DNA of 64,000 nt from Octopus sinensis (GCF_006345805.1 NC_043003.1:104718001-104782000); one strand, 5' to 3'; numbered from the stretch's first letter, positions 25,675-39,237 are shown. Program-made: numbers and translations. Notes: generated by a model not told the origin, from the sequence alone.

Positions 25675-26202
25675 GCATTTTCCCCAGTATGCTAATGATT
25701 CTACCTGCCCACCACCTTAAAGACCAGTAATATGTTGACAACAATAGAATCATTTGTTCTCTTCCCATTCCCACTAATTATTTGCTGAAGATAATAATAA
25801 TGAGCTTATTGTATGCAGAGTACTGTGCTCAGGTGCACTACGTGTCAGAAAATATTGATAGAAGAAAGAGAAAACAGCCATTAGCAAAGTGAAAAAAGAA
25901 AGAAGTCGGTAATGAGGGCACAGTACACAGAATAAAACACAAAAGTTACAGAAAAGTGAACGGTAAAAAAGCCATAAAGAAATAAAGGTGCACAGGCACA
26001 TTAGGGGTAGTGTTTGGAAAGCATGCCCTGACAGCTAACAACCAGCAGGGATAGTTTATTCCTTGCTTCAGCAATTCTGAACATGAAAAAATGTTTCTGA
26101 AATTAATGAATACTATGCTATTTTTTGATTTTATAAACATATCCACAAGTTGTAGCAGTATTTAATTCGAAAAGATGGCCAAAGTTGTTGAGAAGATGGT
26201 GG

Positions 26203-26725
26203 AAACGTTAGCAAGACGGGCGAAATACGTAGCCGTATTTCATCTGCTGTTATGTTCTGAGTTCAAATTCCGCCGAGGTTGACTTTGCCTTTCATCCTTT
26301 CGGGGTCGATTAAATAAGTACCAGTTACGCACTGGGGTCGAGATAATCGACTTAATCTGTTTGTCTGTCCTTGTTTGTCCTCTCTGTGTTTAGCCCCTTG
26401 TGTGTAGTAAAGAAATAGGTGGATATTCCTGTAGGCTTCTACCAAGTCAGAAGTAGGGCTTTACATCTTAGAATGAAATTGTTTTTAATATATTTTGGAC
26501 TAGTTAAGGTGGCGAGCTGGTAGAAACATTAGCACACCAAACAAAACGTTTAGCAGCATTCATCCATCCTTACATTTTGAGTTCAAATCCTGCTACGGTT
26601 AACTTTGCTTTTCATCCTTTTGGGATTAATAAAATGAGTACCAGTTGAGCACTGGGGTTGATGTAATTGACTTACCTCCTCCAGTAAACTTGCTGGTCCT
26701 CTACCAAAATTTAAAAACAATATTA
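26203..26725 (+). mobile_element. Two SINE family C copies (26203-26418, 26507-26725) with different tails
   Basis: Family C head and core motifs. Confidence 0.8.
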
Positions 26726-27352
26726 TTTTGAACTGGTTCTTGTGGTATGATAAGTTCTTAGTGAATAACATTTCTGGTCAGTCCTACTTTTAACTGAAGC
26801 CATATAAATTTCAGTATCATACCAGTATAAACTTCTATACCAGTCATTACCTGAATGACCATCTACTAGCACCAAACACAATAAGGAACACTCAACTCAT
26901 TTGCTTGATTGCTTCAAATAACAGTCAAACCTCCTTCAAATCACACCTGACTATTTTGAAAAAAAGTGAACAACACCTTGAATAAAGCAGTTCTACATAT
27001 TCTGTTTGGGAAAAAATGTGGTGGTCATATGTGTCATGTCTTTGACTGGTCTGGGGCTAAACAACAACAACAACAACCACTATAACCAAATGACAACCAC
27101 TACATCACCGAAATGCAATTCATTTGTATGACATCACCAAACCAACTAATCTACTTAATCCACCCACACACCCATCCCCACATTTTCACACCTACACATA
27201 CATACACGCACACGTCCATACCACCAGCCCTCTTTCACACACACATACATACTCTCTTATACACACACACACCTTCATATTGGGGGTCATCTTTACTTTA
27301 TCTCCCCTACTTCTATGCCTCTCGTGTGTGACCCTTCTGTCCGAAGTCAGTC

Positions 27353-27550
27353 GCCATGATAGATCGTTAGCCACTACACACATTTTTTTCTCTCCTTGTT
27401 TATCTCCTTGTTTTTTCTGTGTCCCTTTCTGTAGAAGAGCATAGGCTCAAAATGTAAAAAACTTTTTCTATTCCTGAGCGTTATACTAATACATCTGTTT
27501 GTTTTGTACATCACCTGTCTTCGTCTTGTTTTTTGTCGTAAACTCTCCCT
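27353..27550 (+). repeat. About 190-bp dispersed repeat with hammerhead-like core (other copies 49303-49490 +, 42002-42160 -)
   Basis: Three mutually similar copies. Consensus core CTTT-CTGTAGA-AGAGC-GTAG-GCTC-GAAAC-GTA-AAAG. Confidence 0.75.
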
Positions 27551-27779
27551 AATCTACTTGATTATTGACCTGCTTAGAGTTATTACCAATGCCAAACCTT
27601 TACCAGACAAACCTTGTCACCACCACCACCACCAAACCATCATAACTACCACACTTTTAGTACTACTCATTGTATTTACCTCACCACTTCCACCAATAAC
27701 AACACTTCCACTTCCATCACCATTGCCACAACCATCACAACTGCCACCACCACCACCATCACAACTACCACTTATATAT

Positions 27780-28190
27780 ATTTCTTTACTACCCACAAGG
27801 GGCTAAACATAGAGGGGACAAACAAGGACAGACAAAGGGATTAAGTCGATTACATCGACCCCAGTGCGAAACTGGTACTTAATTTATTGATCCCAAAAGG
27901 ATGAAATGCAAAGTTGACCTCGGCGGAATTTGAACTCAGAACATAAAGACAGACGAAATACCTATTTCTGTACTACCCACAAGGGGCTAAACACAGAGAG
28001 GACAAACAAGGACAGGCAAATGGACTATGTCGATTACATCGACCCCAGTGCATAACTGGTACTTTATTTATCGACCTCAAAAGGATGAAAGGCAAAGTCG
28101 ACCGCGGCGGAATGTTAACTCAGAACGTAACGACAGACAAAATACCGCTAAGCATTTCGCCCGGCGCGCTAACGTTTCTGCCAGCTCACC
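27780..28190 (-). mobile_element. SINE family C tandem dimer
   Basis: Full unit 27963-28190 followed by a head-truncated unit 27780-27962. Confidence 0.85.
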
Positions 28191-29769
28191 ACCTATAACT
28201 ACCACTTATATATTCTCCTTATTGCTCTGTCTAAAGACAAAATATGGCATATCTATGTTGGATCAGATGTTGTTTAGCCCCAGGTAATACCTGAACCATC
28301 AGACCTACAAAGATGTTCCAGCTGTGATCATGCAGTCTTTTAATTTTTCTTTTCTTTTCACACAAACTGCATTTTGTAACATGTCCTTTGCTTTTTTTTA
28401 AGACTGTACTGTCTAGTCTTTAAAAAAAGTCAAAGGAGGAAGATTTAACTGCTATTTGTAATAAGTCAAACATCTATATTGAGGCAGACTCTCTGGCTCA
28501 ATCTTGTATAGTGTATCAGGTCATTTAGGCCTTCTCTCACAAACTTGTGATCAAACATGTTCCAGCTTTGACCATTCCACTTTTTTCAAACATGATGTCT
28601 CTATGACTACATTACTTGTGAAGGTTAAGTCTACAGATTATCTCTAGAAACTATGGCCAGCACTGATTTTCTTACAAGGTTTCGTATCTGAGACACCTAA
28701 TGTAAACAGCAGTAAGATCAAGGAGGAAAAATGGGTTTTGGGTATATATGACATATTTCGGGAATTTTTGCTCCATCATCAGAACCCATCCAACCCATTA
28801 ACCATCCACAAACTCATTGCTTAAATAGCCACTAAATATAGCAGTGGATATATCAATTTTACATATAAAACACATTCCAGGAATGTGTTGAATATGTAAA
28901 ATAGAAGTAGTAGTAGTATTAGTAGCAGTAGTGGCAGTGGTAGTAGTAGTAGCAGCAATATAAACAGTAACATAAAAAAAAAACTAAGAGGGAGTAAATT
29001 TTGGCAAAAGACTAAGAATGAAAATTGTTCATTAAGGGCATTAGTCTGGCAGTTAACTTTCTTCAGTTATACTTTCTTGAGAATATTGTATTTCAGCCAT
29101 TGATTTTGGAGATATATAATGGATATGGTGTACTTTGGTGCCTTTAACTATTGATATCTAATAATGGCACTGGAGTATGTTTTGGGAAATGACGCAGTAG
29201 ATATACAAGTGTGTATTTTATCATTCCTGGAATGATGTGAAGCAAAGTTGTCCATGGCTAAACTCAACTAAACATAAACTCTACATTCTTTATAATCCAT
29301 TGCCAGCTCATTTGAGTCTTGTTTGGGCATTCTTGCTTTTTAATCTGTTTTCAAAGAGTCAAAAATGCTAGAATTTCCTCTTCTTTGTTACTAAAATTGT
29401 CTAAATTATTCCTATATATCTATGGTTTTTAGTTGAAACACTTCTCACTCGTCATTCCCAATGTCTTCTTTATATTTTACCATAAACCCCAACATATCTT
29501 ACATTACCCACCACTAAAAAATCTTCACATTTTTGCCCTCTAAGGCCCTATAGTTGAAGGAAGGTTTAAAAGCAAGGGTGAATTAACAGATTACTAAATG
29601 CTGAGTCTTTCAGTAATATGATAGTGCTAATAAATAATGTCTACATGAGGCATGTGGTGTACATGTTGACTTCATTTCACACTTAGAATGACTTTACTTA
29701 CTTCTCAGAAACATTTGAGAAAGATATGAATTGACATAGGCATGGCTGTGTGGATAAGAATTATAAACA

Positions 29770-30368
29770 CATTGATAAAATGCTTTAGGGCATTTCTTCC
29801 AGTTTTACATTCTGAGTGGAAATTCTGCAGAGTTCAGCTTTGCCTTTCATCCTCTTGGGGCTGGTAAAATATGTACCAGTTGAGTATTGGGGTCGATGTA
29901 ATTGACTTACCTGCTCCCCTAAAATTACTGGCCTTGTGCCAAAATTTGAAACCATTATTATTATAATAAAGGCGGCGATCTGGCAGAAACGTTAGCACAC
30001 CGGATGAAATGCTTAGCAGTATTTCGTCTACCATTACGTTCTGAGTTCAAATTCTGCTGAGGTTGACTTTTGCCTTTCATCCTTTTGGGGTCGATTAGAT
30101 AAGTACCAGTTACGCACTGGTGTCGATATAATCGACTTAATCCATTTGTCTGTCCTTGTTTGTCCCCTCTGTGTTTAGCCCCTTGTGGGTAGTAAAGAAA
30201 TAGGTATTTCATCTGTCACTACATTCTGAGTTCAGATTCCACTGAGGTCAATTTTGCCTTTCATCCTTTCACGGTCAATAAATTAAGTACCAGTTTCATA
30301 ATGGGGTTGATCTAATCAACTGGTGCCTCACACCAAATTTCAGGCCTTGTGCCTATAGTAGAAAGGAT
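29770..30368 (+). mobile_element. Cluster of three SINE family C units
   Basis: 29770-29955, 29971-30202, 30203-30368, each with a different tail. Confidence 0.85.
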
Positions 30369-32089
30369 CATGATGATGATGATGATGATGATGATGACAT
30401 TTCATCAAGGTGAGAACTAACTAGATAGGTCTCACCTGTTATTGAAGTTGACATTCCATATCAGTTCCAACAGGGCTCTATTAGTATTCAGTGTACTCTT
30501 AAGTAACCATACTGATAATATGTAAGAGAGAAACAGCAGCTGTAAACACCTTACTGACTTTTCAACTAACCTGATTTAAACTAGGAATATTTTAAGATGA
30601 TTTATGTAGATAGAAATAATGTAACCATAAACACATACACTCTCCCTCTCCCCCCCTCACTTACACACACATACACATAATGTTGCTTATCTTTTGCAAT
30701 TTAAAAATTTCAACTTGTAGATATTTGCATAAATCTACTTGCTCCATAGTCGCTGATATTCAAGGTTCACTTGCTTTCATTGTCCTTATAACAGAAAAGG
30801 TAATCTTAATATATAAAACAGAGTTTGTGTGTGCATATGTTCCTTATGGATTTGAAAACTGAGTTACCAATTTTGACGTATGAGGTATCAAAAGATTCAG
30901 TAATCTTTTGGCTACCAAATAAAGTATGATTTTTGTACAACAACTCTTTTTTACTACAAAAATAACCTTGAATATGAGGTTTCGTTGCACAATTTTGAAG
31001 TCTTTAGTTAACAGAGGCAACTCTGCTTGAACAGTAAGTCTTACACAGAATATAATGAGATAATGTTTAAAATACATGGAGTTTTACCAGGGAATGAAAC
31101 TTTGAAGAGATACCGTCAACTTTATTAGTATTATTTACTAGATAATCTTTTAATGTGAAGTATGTTTTTCTGTGTTTTGTTTGACCCAGAGTTGCCTCTG
31201 ATGTAGCAGACCCATTGCATCGTTCTTTTTTTTCTTCCTGAAATACTGTAAATCTGTATCTTTCTTTTGATGAAAAAATGTGTATTAAGAGAGATTTGGC
31301 TGCTATTTGTAATAGCTCAAGTTACCACAGACACAACTCTGTGTGCGTGTTTTATTGTGGTGCAAAAAATATTTTCTTCAAAATATTTTGCACAATAATT
31401 TTTAAAGAAATCTGGACATCTTTCTTACTGCTAACCATTCAACTTCAAATTACAATTATTAATTGTTGAAAGTCAAATAGACTGCGATGTACATATAGTG
31501 TTATTGTATAGAGTGGAAGTTCAGCACAAAGTTTTGAACTCATTATCTTGTGGTTAGTAATGCATTACTTTAAATTTGAAGCCATTAAATCTTTAAAACA
31601 TTTTTTTACTGGGTTTAGTCTTTCGACTATTGCCAAGATGGGGTATTACCTTAAAAAATTCAATTGATCATACTGACCTCAGTACGTATTTCAATTTGGT
31701 ATTTATTTTATAGATCTCTGCTTGATGAACTGCTAACCTTGAGACATACTGGGATACATTACTCGATTTAACAACAAATGTAAACACACACACTCACACA
31801 CACACACACACATACTAGATGCAAGAATGACTGTGTGGTTGAGAAGTTTGCTTCCCAACCACATGGTTCCATGTTCAGTCCCTCTGCATGTAGTTTGGGC
31901 AAGTGTTTTCTACTATAGCCCTAGGTTAAACACAGACTTGTGACTGAATTTGGTAGATGGAAACTGCAGCATTGTCCATCAGAGAATAACCAAAAAACAA
32001 GTTCATAAAGAAGAGTTGTTTGCTTCATACTCCTCGTGTGCCGATTCTGTTCATAAGAAAGGAACAGATAATACAATGTGGCTGTAGGT

Positions 32090-32124
32090 CATAACACCCG
32101 GGCAACGCTGGGGTGTATTGCTAG
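32090..32124 (+). mobile_element. Helitron 3' terminus (5' end not located)
   Basis: cccgggcaacgctggg hairpin followed by gtgtattgCTAG|t. Confidence 0.6.
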
Positions 32125-34159
32125 TTGTTAATAAAATAACTGTGGGCTAATGTGCTATTATTTTACAGCCATCTTTCCTCAGAAGAAGGAACCTTCTCCT
32201 TCCATTAGAAATTCATCTCTCCTCATGACATAAATTTATACAATTTTTCAGATATTGTTAACTGTTTTTTGTTTAGCCAATTCTAATTTTATTTTTTAAA
32301 CTTTTCTACATAGTTATTGTTGCTTGGGTCAACACTGATTTAGTAAATCTGTGGTCAGAGATATTCCAGCCTCAACCATGCCTGACTTTTAAGAGTATCA
32401 ATATGACTCTTTTTTTTTAAGACAATAAGACTTGAGAGAAATAAGATTTGAGAGAAAATTAGCTCCTCCCTCATTGGTTTTAAAAAGAAAATATTTCTTA
32501 TCTAGCTGTTATCCAAAACCCAATATTATTATCATCATCATCATCATCATTTAACGTCCGCTTTCCATGCTAGCATCAGTTGGATGATTTGACTGAGGTC
32601 TGGCGAACCAGACTCCAATCTGATCTAGCAGAGTTTCTACAGCTAGATGCCCTTCCTAACGCCAACCACTCCGAGAGTGTAGTGGGTGCTTTTACGTGCC
32701 ACCGGCACGAAGGCCAGTTTGGTGGTACTGGCAACGGCCACGCCCAAATGGTGCTTTTTATGTGCCACCTGCACAGGAGCCAGTCCAGCGGCACTGGCGA
32801 CGACCTCGCTCGAATGTTTCACATGCCACCAGCACAAGTGCTAGTAAGGCGACGCGGTAATGATCACGCTCAAATGATGTGTTTAACATGCCATCGGCAC
32901 GAAGGCCAGCTTGTTGCTCTGGCAACGATCTCACTCGTATGGTACTCTTAGTGCTCCACTAGCAACGGATGCTAGTCACCGAGTTTGATTTTGACTTCGA
33001 TTTCGATTAATTATAAAGATAGCAAGCTGGCAGAAGCATTGGCATGCTGAGTGAAATACTTAGTAGCATTTCATCTGTCCTTGTGTTTTGAGTTCAAACG
33101 TCTACTTTATCTTTCATTCTTTTGGGGTTGATAAAATAAGTACCAGTTGAATACCGGGGTCAGTGTAATCAACTTGCTTCCTCCCAGCAAGATTGCTGGT
33201 CTTGTGCCAAAATTTGAAATCAATATTAGAATATATTATAAAGTTATAATAATTGCTGCAGAGTGTTGCAAAAAAAAAAAAAATCTTAAATTTACCATTC
33301 TTGATAAAGCAGTATGCACTCGTCCAAGCCATAATGGGAACTGCAAGAAGAAAACAAAGATGCTAAGATTGCTGGCATCACATCTAGGAGTGTGTAAAAT
33401 ATGGGAGATTCTTTAGTCACACCTTGTATATACATATGTATATGTATGTATGTATATGTGAATCATCATCATTATTTAATGTCTGTCTTCCATACTGGAT
33501 GGGTTGGACAATTTGACATGATCTAGGCAAGCTGGAGAGCTGCACCAATTTCCATTGTATTCTTTTGCATGGTTTCTATGGCTGGATGCCCTTCCTAATG
33601 CCAACCACTACAGTGTACTTGGTGCACCTGTACCAGAGGGGTTGCCAAGTAACTTGTGAGAGGAAGACTTCTCAGTTACGAGAGGGAGTGGAACCAAGGG
33701 AGGTGGCTTTGTGCTAGTTAAAGTATAATAGAAGGATAGAGATAGGTGTCTTAGTATAGAGGAGATACTTGGCTACCCTAGTAAGAAAAGAAAAGAAAGG
33801 AAGGAGAAATCAAGTTAGAAATAAAGATAGATGGATAGAGAGAGCGAAATAGCTGGTGGAACAGTGGGGCAAGTGGGTATAAGTGATACAAATTCCATTT
33901 TGTCCTATGCAAGCATAGAAAAGATGTTGAATGATTATGATGATGACAATGGCCCATTAGATATGTATGTGCACACATACGCACAAGGTTTGATAAAGCA
34001 AATAACAGTTATAGTGTTGTTGGTTCCTGCATTCTAGTGTTTAATCAATTTTAAGAGGATTACTGCCGGTGCTTCTTGGGCTAGTGACAATTTCCCTCTC
34101 GGTTAATTCTTGTGGATAACCCTGGATATTTATGTATTTATTTAATTAACCTTCATTAA

Positions 34160-34206
34160 CACTCTTTTATTAATGTTTTCCTTTCTGTCTTTCTTTTTCT
34201 CCACAG
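34160..34206 (+). promoter_or_regulatory. Polypyrimidine tract and 3' splice acceptor for the ELOVL6-like exon (exon starts 34207)
   Basis: ttttcctttctgtctttctttttctccacAG ends at 34206, 65 nt before the ATG. An in-frame TAA at 34218-34220 shows the exon start is 5'UTR. Confidence 0.8.
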
Positions 34207-34271
34207 ACCGAAGGCACTAAGAAGATTGTCCATCCAGTATTTTTGCTGAAGATATTTCTTCCTCAGGCATC

Positions 34272-35123
34272 ATGGTTTTAGCTTCTGCTTCGAGCCAAAG
34301 TCACATGGGGGGCTGGCAGATGATGGAAGATGGTGAACACAACTATTCCATAGTCTTCAATTTCGAGAAGCTCTTTGATGAACCCTCTTTCATGGAGTAC
34401 ATGCTCAAGAATTGGACCAATTGCTTTATTTATTCAGTCATCTACATAGTTCTCATCTTTGGTGGACAGTGTTGGATGAAAGCCAGAAACAGATTCGACC
34501 TCCGGCCTGCTTTGGCTGTGTGGAGTGGAACATTGGCTCTGTTCAGCATTGCAGGTGCCATTCGTACATTGCCGGAGCTGATTTCAACGATCCGAAACCG
34601 TAGCCTACAATATTCCATCTGTGTACCAACATACTTCCGTGGTGTAACTAGCTTCTGGGCATATATGTTCACTGTATCGAAGGTGTTTGAGCTGGGTGAT
34701 ACACTGTTCATAGTCCTCCGGAAACAGCAGTTGATATTCCTGCACTGGTACCATCACATTGCCACATTGATCTACGTCTGGTATAGCTACACTGACCATA
34801 CAGCCCCTGGACGATGGTTCATGGTTATGAACTATATTGTACATTCTATCATGTATACATATTATGCTTTGCGAGCAATGCGCATCTATCTTCCAGTGGT
34901 GGTTAACATGACTGTCACATCCCTGCAGATTTTACAAATGGTCGTTGGGTGCCTCATAAACTACTGGTCATTCCAAATCAAAACACGAGGGGAGTACTGC
35001 AACCAGAGTTACGATAATATAAAATACTCAACTCTTATGTATTGTAGTTATTTCTTCCTCTTTGCTCATTTTTTCTACAATGCATATATTAGGAAACAGA
35101 AGCTTATGAAAAAGGTTTCTTGA
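34272..35123 (+). CDS. ELOVL6: Elongation of very long chain fatty acids protein, ELOVL6-like (ELO/GNS1/SUR4 family), 283 aa, single coding exon
   Basis: Intact ORF with ELO motifs: KxxExxDT (SKVFELGDT), histidine box LIFLHWYHH, NxxVHxxMYxYY (NYIVHSIMYTYY), TxxQxxQ (TSLQILQM), several hydrophobic segments and C-terminal KKxx ER-retrieval signal (KKVS). The LHWYHH box is typical of the ELOVL3/6 clade. Kozak context gcatcATGg. Confidence 0.93.
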   Translation: MVLASASSQSHMGGWQMMEDGEHNYSIVFNFEKLFDEPSFMEYMLKNWTNCFIYSVIYIVLIFGGQCWMKARNRFDLRPALAVWSGTLALFSIAGAIRTLPELISTIRNRSLQYSICVPTYFRGVTSFWAYMFTVSKVFELGDTLFIVLRKQQLIFLHWYHHIATLIYVWYSYTDHTAPGRWFMVMNYIVHSIMYTYYALRAMRIYLPVVVNMTVTSLQILQMVVGCLINYWSFQIKTRGEYCNQSYDNIKYSTLMYCSYFFLFAHFFYNAYIRKQKLMKKVS

Positions 35124-35206
35124 AAAAAATGAACGTCAGCTCCATCTGACAGGGTTGGAGTCAACACATTTTTCTGAGCATCTTTAAAAAAAAAATTAAT
35201 TAGAAT

Positions 35207-35251
35207 AATAAACTCAGAAAGAACACTCCTCACCAGTGTGTGTGTGTATGT

Positions 35252-35285
<34 letters not shown>
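35207..35285 (+). terminator. Candidate proximal polyadenylation signal of the elongase
   Basis: AATAAA at 35207-35212 followed about 25 nt later by a (GT)n tract. The tract may just be a microsatellite. Confidence 0.3.
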
Positions 35286-35287
<2 letters not shown>

Positions 35288-35856
35288 TGTGTATGCAGGT
35301 GGGGGTTGTGTGGTTGAGGTGGGGAGTGAAAAGGATAAGTTAAAAGAAAAAAGAAGGGAAACTGTAACAAGAAGAAAAAATCCAGAACAAATTGAATTCA
35401 TGATTTACTCAGCCAAGAAGCAAACAAGCAAAATAATAGACATGCAAGAAAACTTTGCTAAAATTGACGAAGATGGAAATAATAATTTTGACATTACTTC
35501 ATCAGCTCTTACAATGAAATCCATTTTTGTTTCTGCCTCTCTCTTTTTTGTTTCGTTTCTGCCCCCTCATATTATTTAAAATTATTTTAATCGTCTGAAG
35601 AATTAAATTTTCTGCTACCTTTAAATATATAAAAACAAAGAAAACAATTTCTTTTATTTGAAATGATTTTTTTCAAAGACATTATTAAAAATTATATTGT
35701 TTGTTTTAAAGATATATATTCACACACACACGCAATATATATATGTTTTTCATGCACACACAGATAGATATATGTGTATGCATTTATACATGTATATACT
35801 TACACACACTCACACTCATATATATGTTTATATATGTATGTGTGTATATATATATA

Positions 35857-35887
<31 letters not shown>

Positions 35888-36052
35888 ATGTGTATATATA
35901 CCTATATATGGGTATGTATGTGTTTATATATATATCTAGACATATATTGATGTTTATATATATATACACATATATATATATAGATGTTTATATATATAAT
36001 ATATATATACATATATATGTATATATATACATATATATATGTATATATATAC

Positions 36053-36085
<33 letters not shown>

Positions 36086-36380
36086 CATATACATATTTTT
36101 TGATATAGTCAAGTGCCTCAGGTACTGACCATAGCTCTATGTCACTGGATCACCTAATAAAAAGCAGGTACTACTACTTCTCCTTCGCAGTTGAATACTT
36201 TGCAATAGGAATGACTCCAGTGTATAAAAAGTCTTGCAGCATTATTCGTTTCCATGCTTTGCAGGGAGATAAGGATGCGAAATGTCTGTCTCTTTGCATA
36301 TATGTATTCTTTTGTAATATACATATCTGCATATGTGTGTTTGTGTGTGTGTGCATGCAAACGTATGTGTATACATACAG

Positions 36381-36423
<43 letters not shown>

Positions 36424-36654
36424 GTGATACATGTGTAATATGTAACTTGAAATTTGGTGGAAGTTAGTCTGAATTATTATCAGGTTAGAGGATTGGCAGG
36501 GGCGATAAGAGCCAGACAAAATATCTCACAGTATCTAGTTTGATATCATTTATCATCTTAGTTCAAAACTTTACCTCTGATCTTTCTGGTTGCAATTTAG
36601 TCAAGTAACTCCTCTCCTCAATTTTAGCTTGTGCCTATACTAGAAATTATTATT

Positions 36655-37287
36655 AAGTCAGCAGGTTGGCAGAATTGTTAGCATGTTGGACAAAATGTTT
36701 AGTGGCATTTCAGCAGTCTTTATGTTCTGAATTCAAATTCTGCAGAGGTGGGCTTTGCCTTTCATTCTTTCAAGGTTGATAAAATAAATCCCAATTGAAC
36801 ACTGGGGTTGATGTAACTGACTTACCCCTTCCCTCAAAATTACTGGCCTTGTGCCAAAGTTTGAAACTATTATTATTATTAGTAGTAGTAGTAGCAGCAG
36901 CAGCAGTATGGAGGTGCAATGGCCCAGTGGTTAGGGCAGCGGACTCGCGGTCGGAGGATCATGTTTTCGATTCCCAGACCAGGCGTTGTGTGTGTTTATT
37001 GAGCAAAAACACCTAAAGCTCCACGAGGCTCCAGCAGGGGGTAGTGGCAGCCCCTGTTGTACTTTTTCGCCCCAACTTTCTCTCACTCTTTCTTCCTGTT
37101 TCTTGTCCCCAACTTCCTACGCAACCGCTGAGCCTGGATGCGCATTCATCCATCCGTCGATGCTCTCGGTGTTGGGGGTTGACTTGCTTTCTCTTCTGCG
37201 GGTCTTACGACTAGCAAAAGGACCACGTTTCGGACTTCTCCCATCTTGCGAGCTCTGGGACGAAGACCGTTCGCTCAGCAACAGCAA

Positions 37288-37318
<31 letters not shown>

Positions 37319-38295
37319 TGTAGTTGTAGTAGTAGTAGTAGTAGTAGTATTAAGGTGGTGAGCTGGCAGAATTGTTAGCTTGTTTGACAAAATGCTTAAC
37401 AACCTTTCTTGCAGCTTTGCATTCTGTGATCAAATGCTACTGAGGTCGATTTTGTGTTTTTATCCTTTTGGGGTGTTAATAAAATAAATACTGCGGAGCA
37501 CTGGGATTGATGAAAAAATAGTGTCGTACATAGTAGATGCCTTTTATTATCTGATTCAATCCCTTCACAGCCTTAGTTCATGTTATGCTGGGGATGATTT
37601 TGTTTTTTATCCTTCTAGATCTGATAAATATTGAAGTTGATTTAATTAGTTATAATCTTGCCTAGAAATTTGTTGCTTTGTATCAACATTCATTATAATT
37701 CAGTCGAGCATCTGACTGAATACTTTGCTGTCTTTAATTATGTCCCCTTTGCATTTTGAGCTTAAATTCCTCTTGGGTAAGCTTCACATTTCATCCCACT
37801 GGGTTTCATAAAATAAAATATTAGTAAGGTAGTTGCATTTAACTAAATTATCAATGATGCCTTCCTCTAGAATTTGCTGTGTTTGACTATTATTATCAGT
37901 AAGTTGGCAAGCTGACAGAATTGTTAGCACATCAGATAAATGCTTAGCAGTATTTTGTCTGTCTTTACGTCCTGAGTTCAAATTCTGCCAAGGTTAACTT
38001 TACTTTCCATCTTTTTGGGTCAATAAAATAAATATCAGTTAAGCACTAGGATTAGCATAATCGACTGTTCCCCACCCCCAAAACTTCAGGCCTTATGCCT
38101 ATAGAAGACGATTATTATAGTTATTAATCTGGCAAGCTGCAGAATTATTTGTGTATCATAAAAATACCTTGCATTTTTATGATACGCTACTTTATGTTCT
38201 GAATTTGAATTCTGCTGGTGTCTATACAATCCTCTTGCATCTACCCCCCCCCACTAAAATTGCTGGCCTTGTGCCGAAATTGGAAAGAATTATTA
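36655..38295 (+). mobile_element. Cluster of decayed SINE family C copies downstream of the elongase, with one family D copy nested
   Basis: Copies at about 36660-36868, 37354-37510, 37900-38110, 38130-38290. Other family C copies at 11560-11680, 25082-25250, 33020-33222, 59521-59680, 61226-61457. Confidence 0.7.
36910..37300 (+). mobile_element. SINE family D, tail type 2
   Basis: Same about 180-bp head, unrelated 3' half ending in (CAA/CAG)n. Confidence 0.85.
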
Positions 38296-38629
38296 TTATT
38301 AATTTCATGAAGGTCTAGTAGAAATTAAAAGCCAAATAAAATAATCCAGATAAGCAACATCATAAAAATGCATGTTTGAGAGAAAAGCTGCCTCAACTTT
38401 GCAGTCTTAGGCATTTGTCTGTAAATCTTCCTGAGAAATATCTACAAAGTACATCTCCTGGGGACGATGTATTCTAATTTTCTGCCCCACCCCCACCACA
38501 CCCACTCCCTTAGTTGTCGATACAACCCTTTCATGTTGTTTTGGTTCTCCTGGTACATTATGATTTTGGTTTAATTTTCATGCATACACATGCATATGCA
38601 CACACTTGTAAGTTTATTTCATATATGAT

Positions 38630-38630
38630 G

Positions 38631-38661
<31 letters not shown>

Positions 38662-38781
38662 TATATGCATGATAGGTACATATTTATATATATATATATA
38701 TGTGTGTGTGTGTATGTGTGTGTTATATATGTTTATAAATATATATATATATATATATATTACATACACACATACATAAAT

Positions 38782-38826
<45 letters not shown>

Positions 38827-38929
38827 GTATATATATAATATATATATATATGTATATATGTATATAATATATATGTATAAATATATATATATGTATATAT
38901 ATATATGTATTATATATATATATGTATAA

Positions 38930-38963
<34 letters not shown>

Positions 38964-39237
38964 GTATGTATATATATAATGTATATATATATATATATGT
39001 ATAATATATATATGTATATATATTTGTATGTATATATATGTATAAATATATATATATGTATAAATATATATATGTATGTATATATATATATATGTAATAT
39101 ATATATATGTGTGTATATATATATAGTATATATATATGTAATATATATATGTATATATATGTATTATATATGTATATATGTATATATATATGTATAATAT
39201 ATATATATGTATATATATATATATGTATATATATATG

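Noticed and set aside
31165-31250. Possible upstream exon of the elongase (acceptor-like ttttgtttgacccag)
   Set aside because: No convincing donor or coding signal, and cannot be supported without transcripts
34272-35123. Assignment as PUFA elongase Elovl2/5 or Elovl4
   Set aside because: Those clades typically have FLHVYHH. This protein has LIFLHWYHH and other ELOVL3/6-type features. Phylogeny is still needed for formal orthology.
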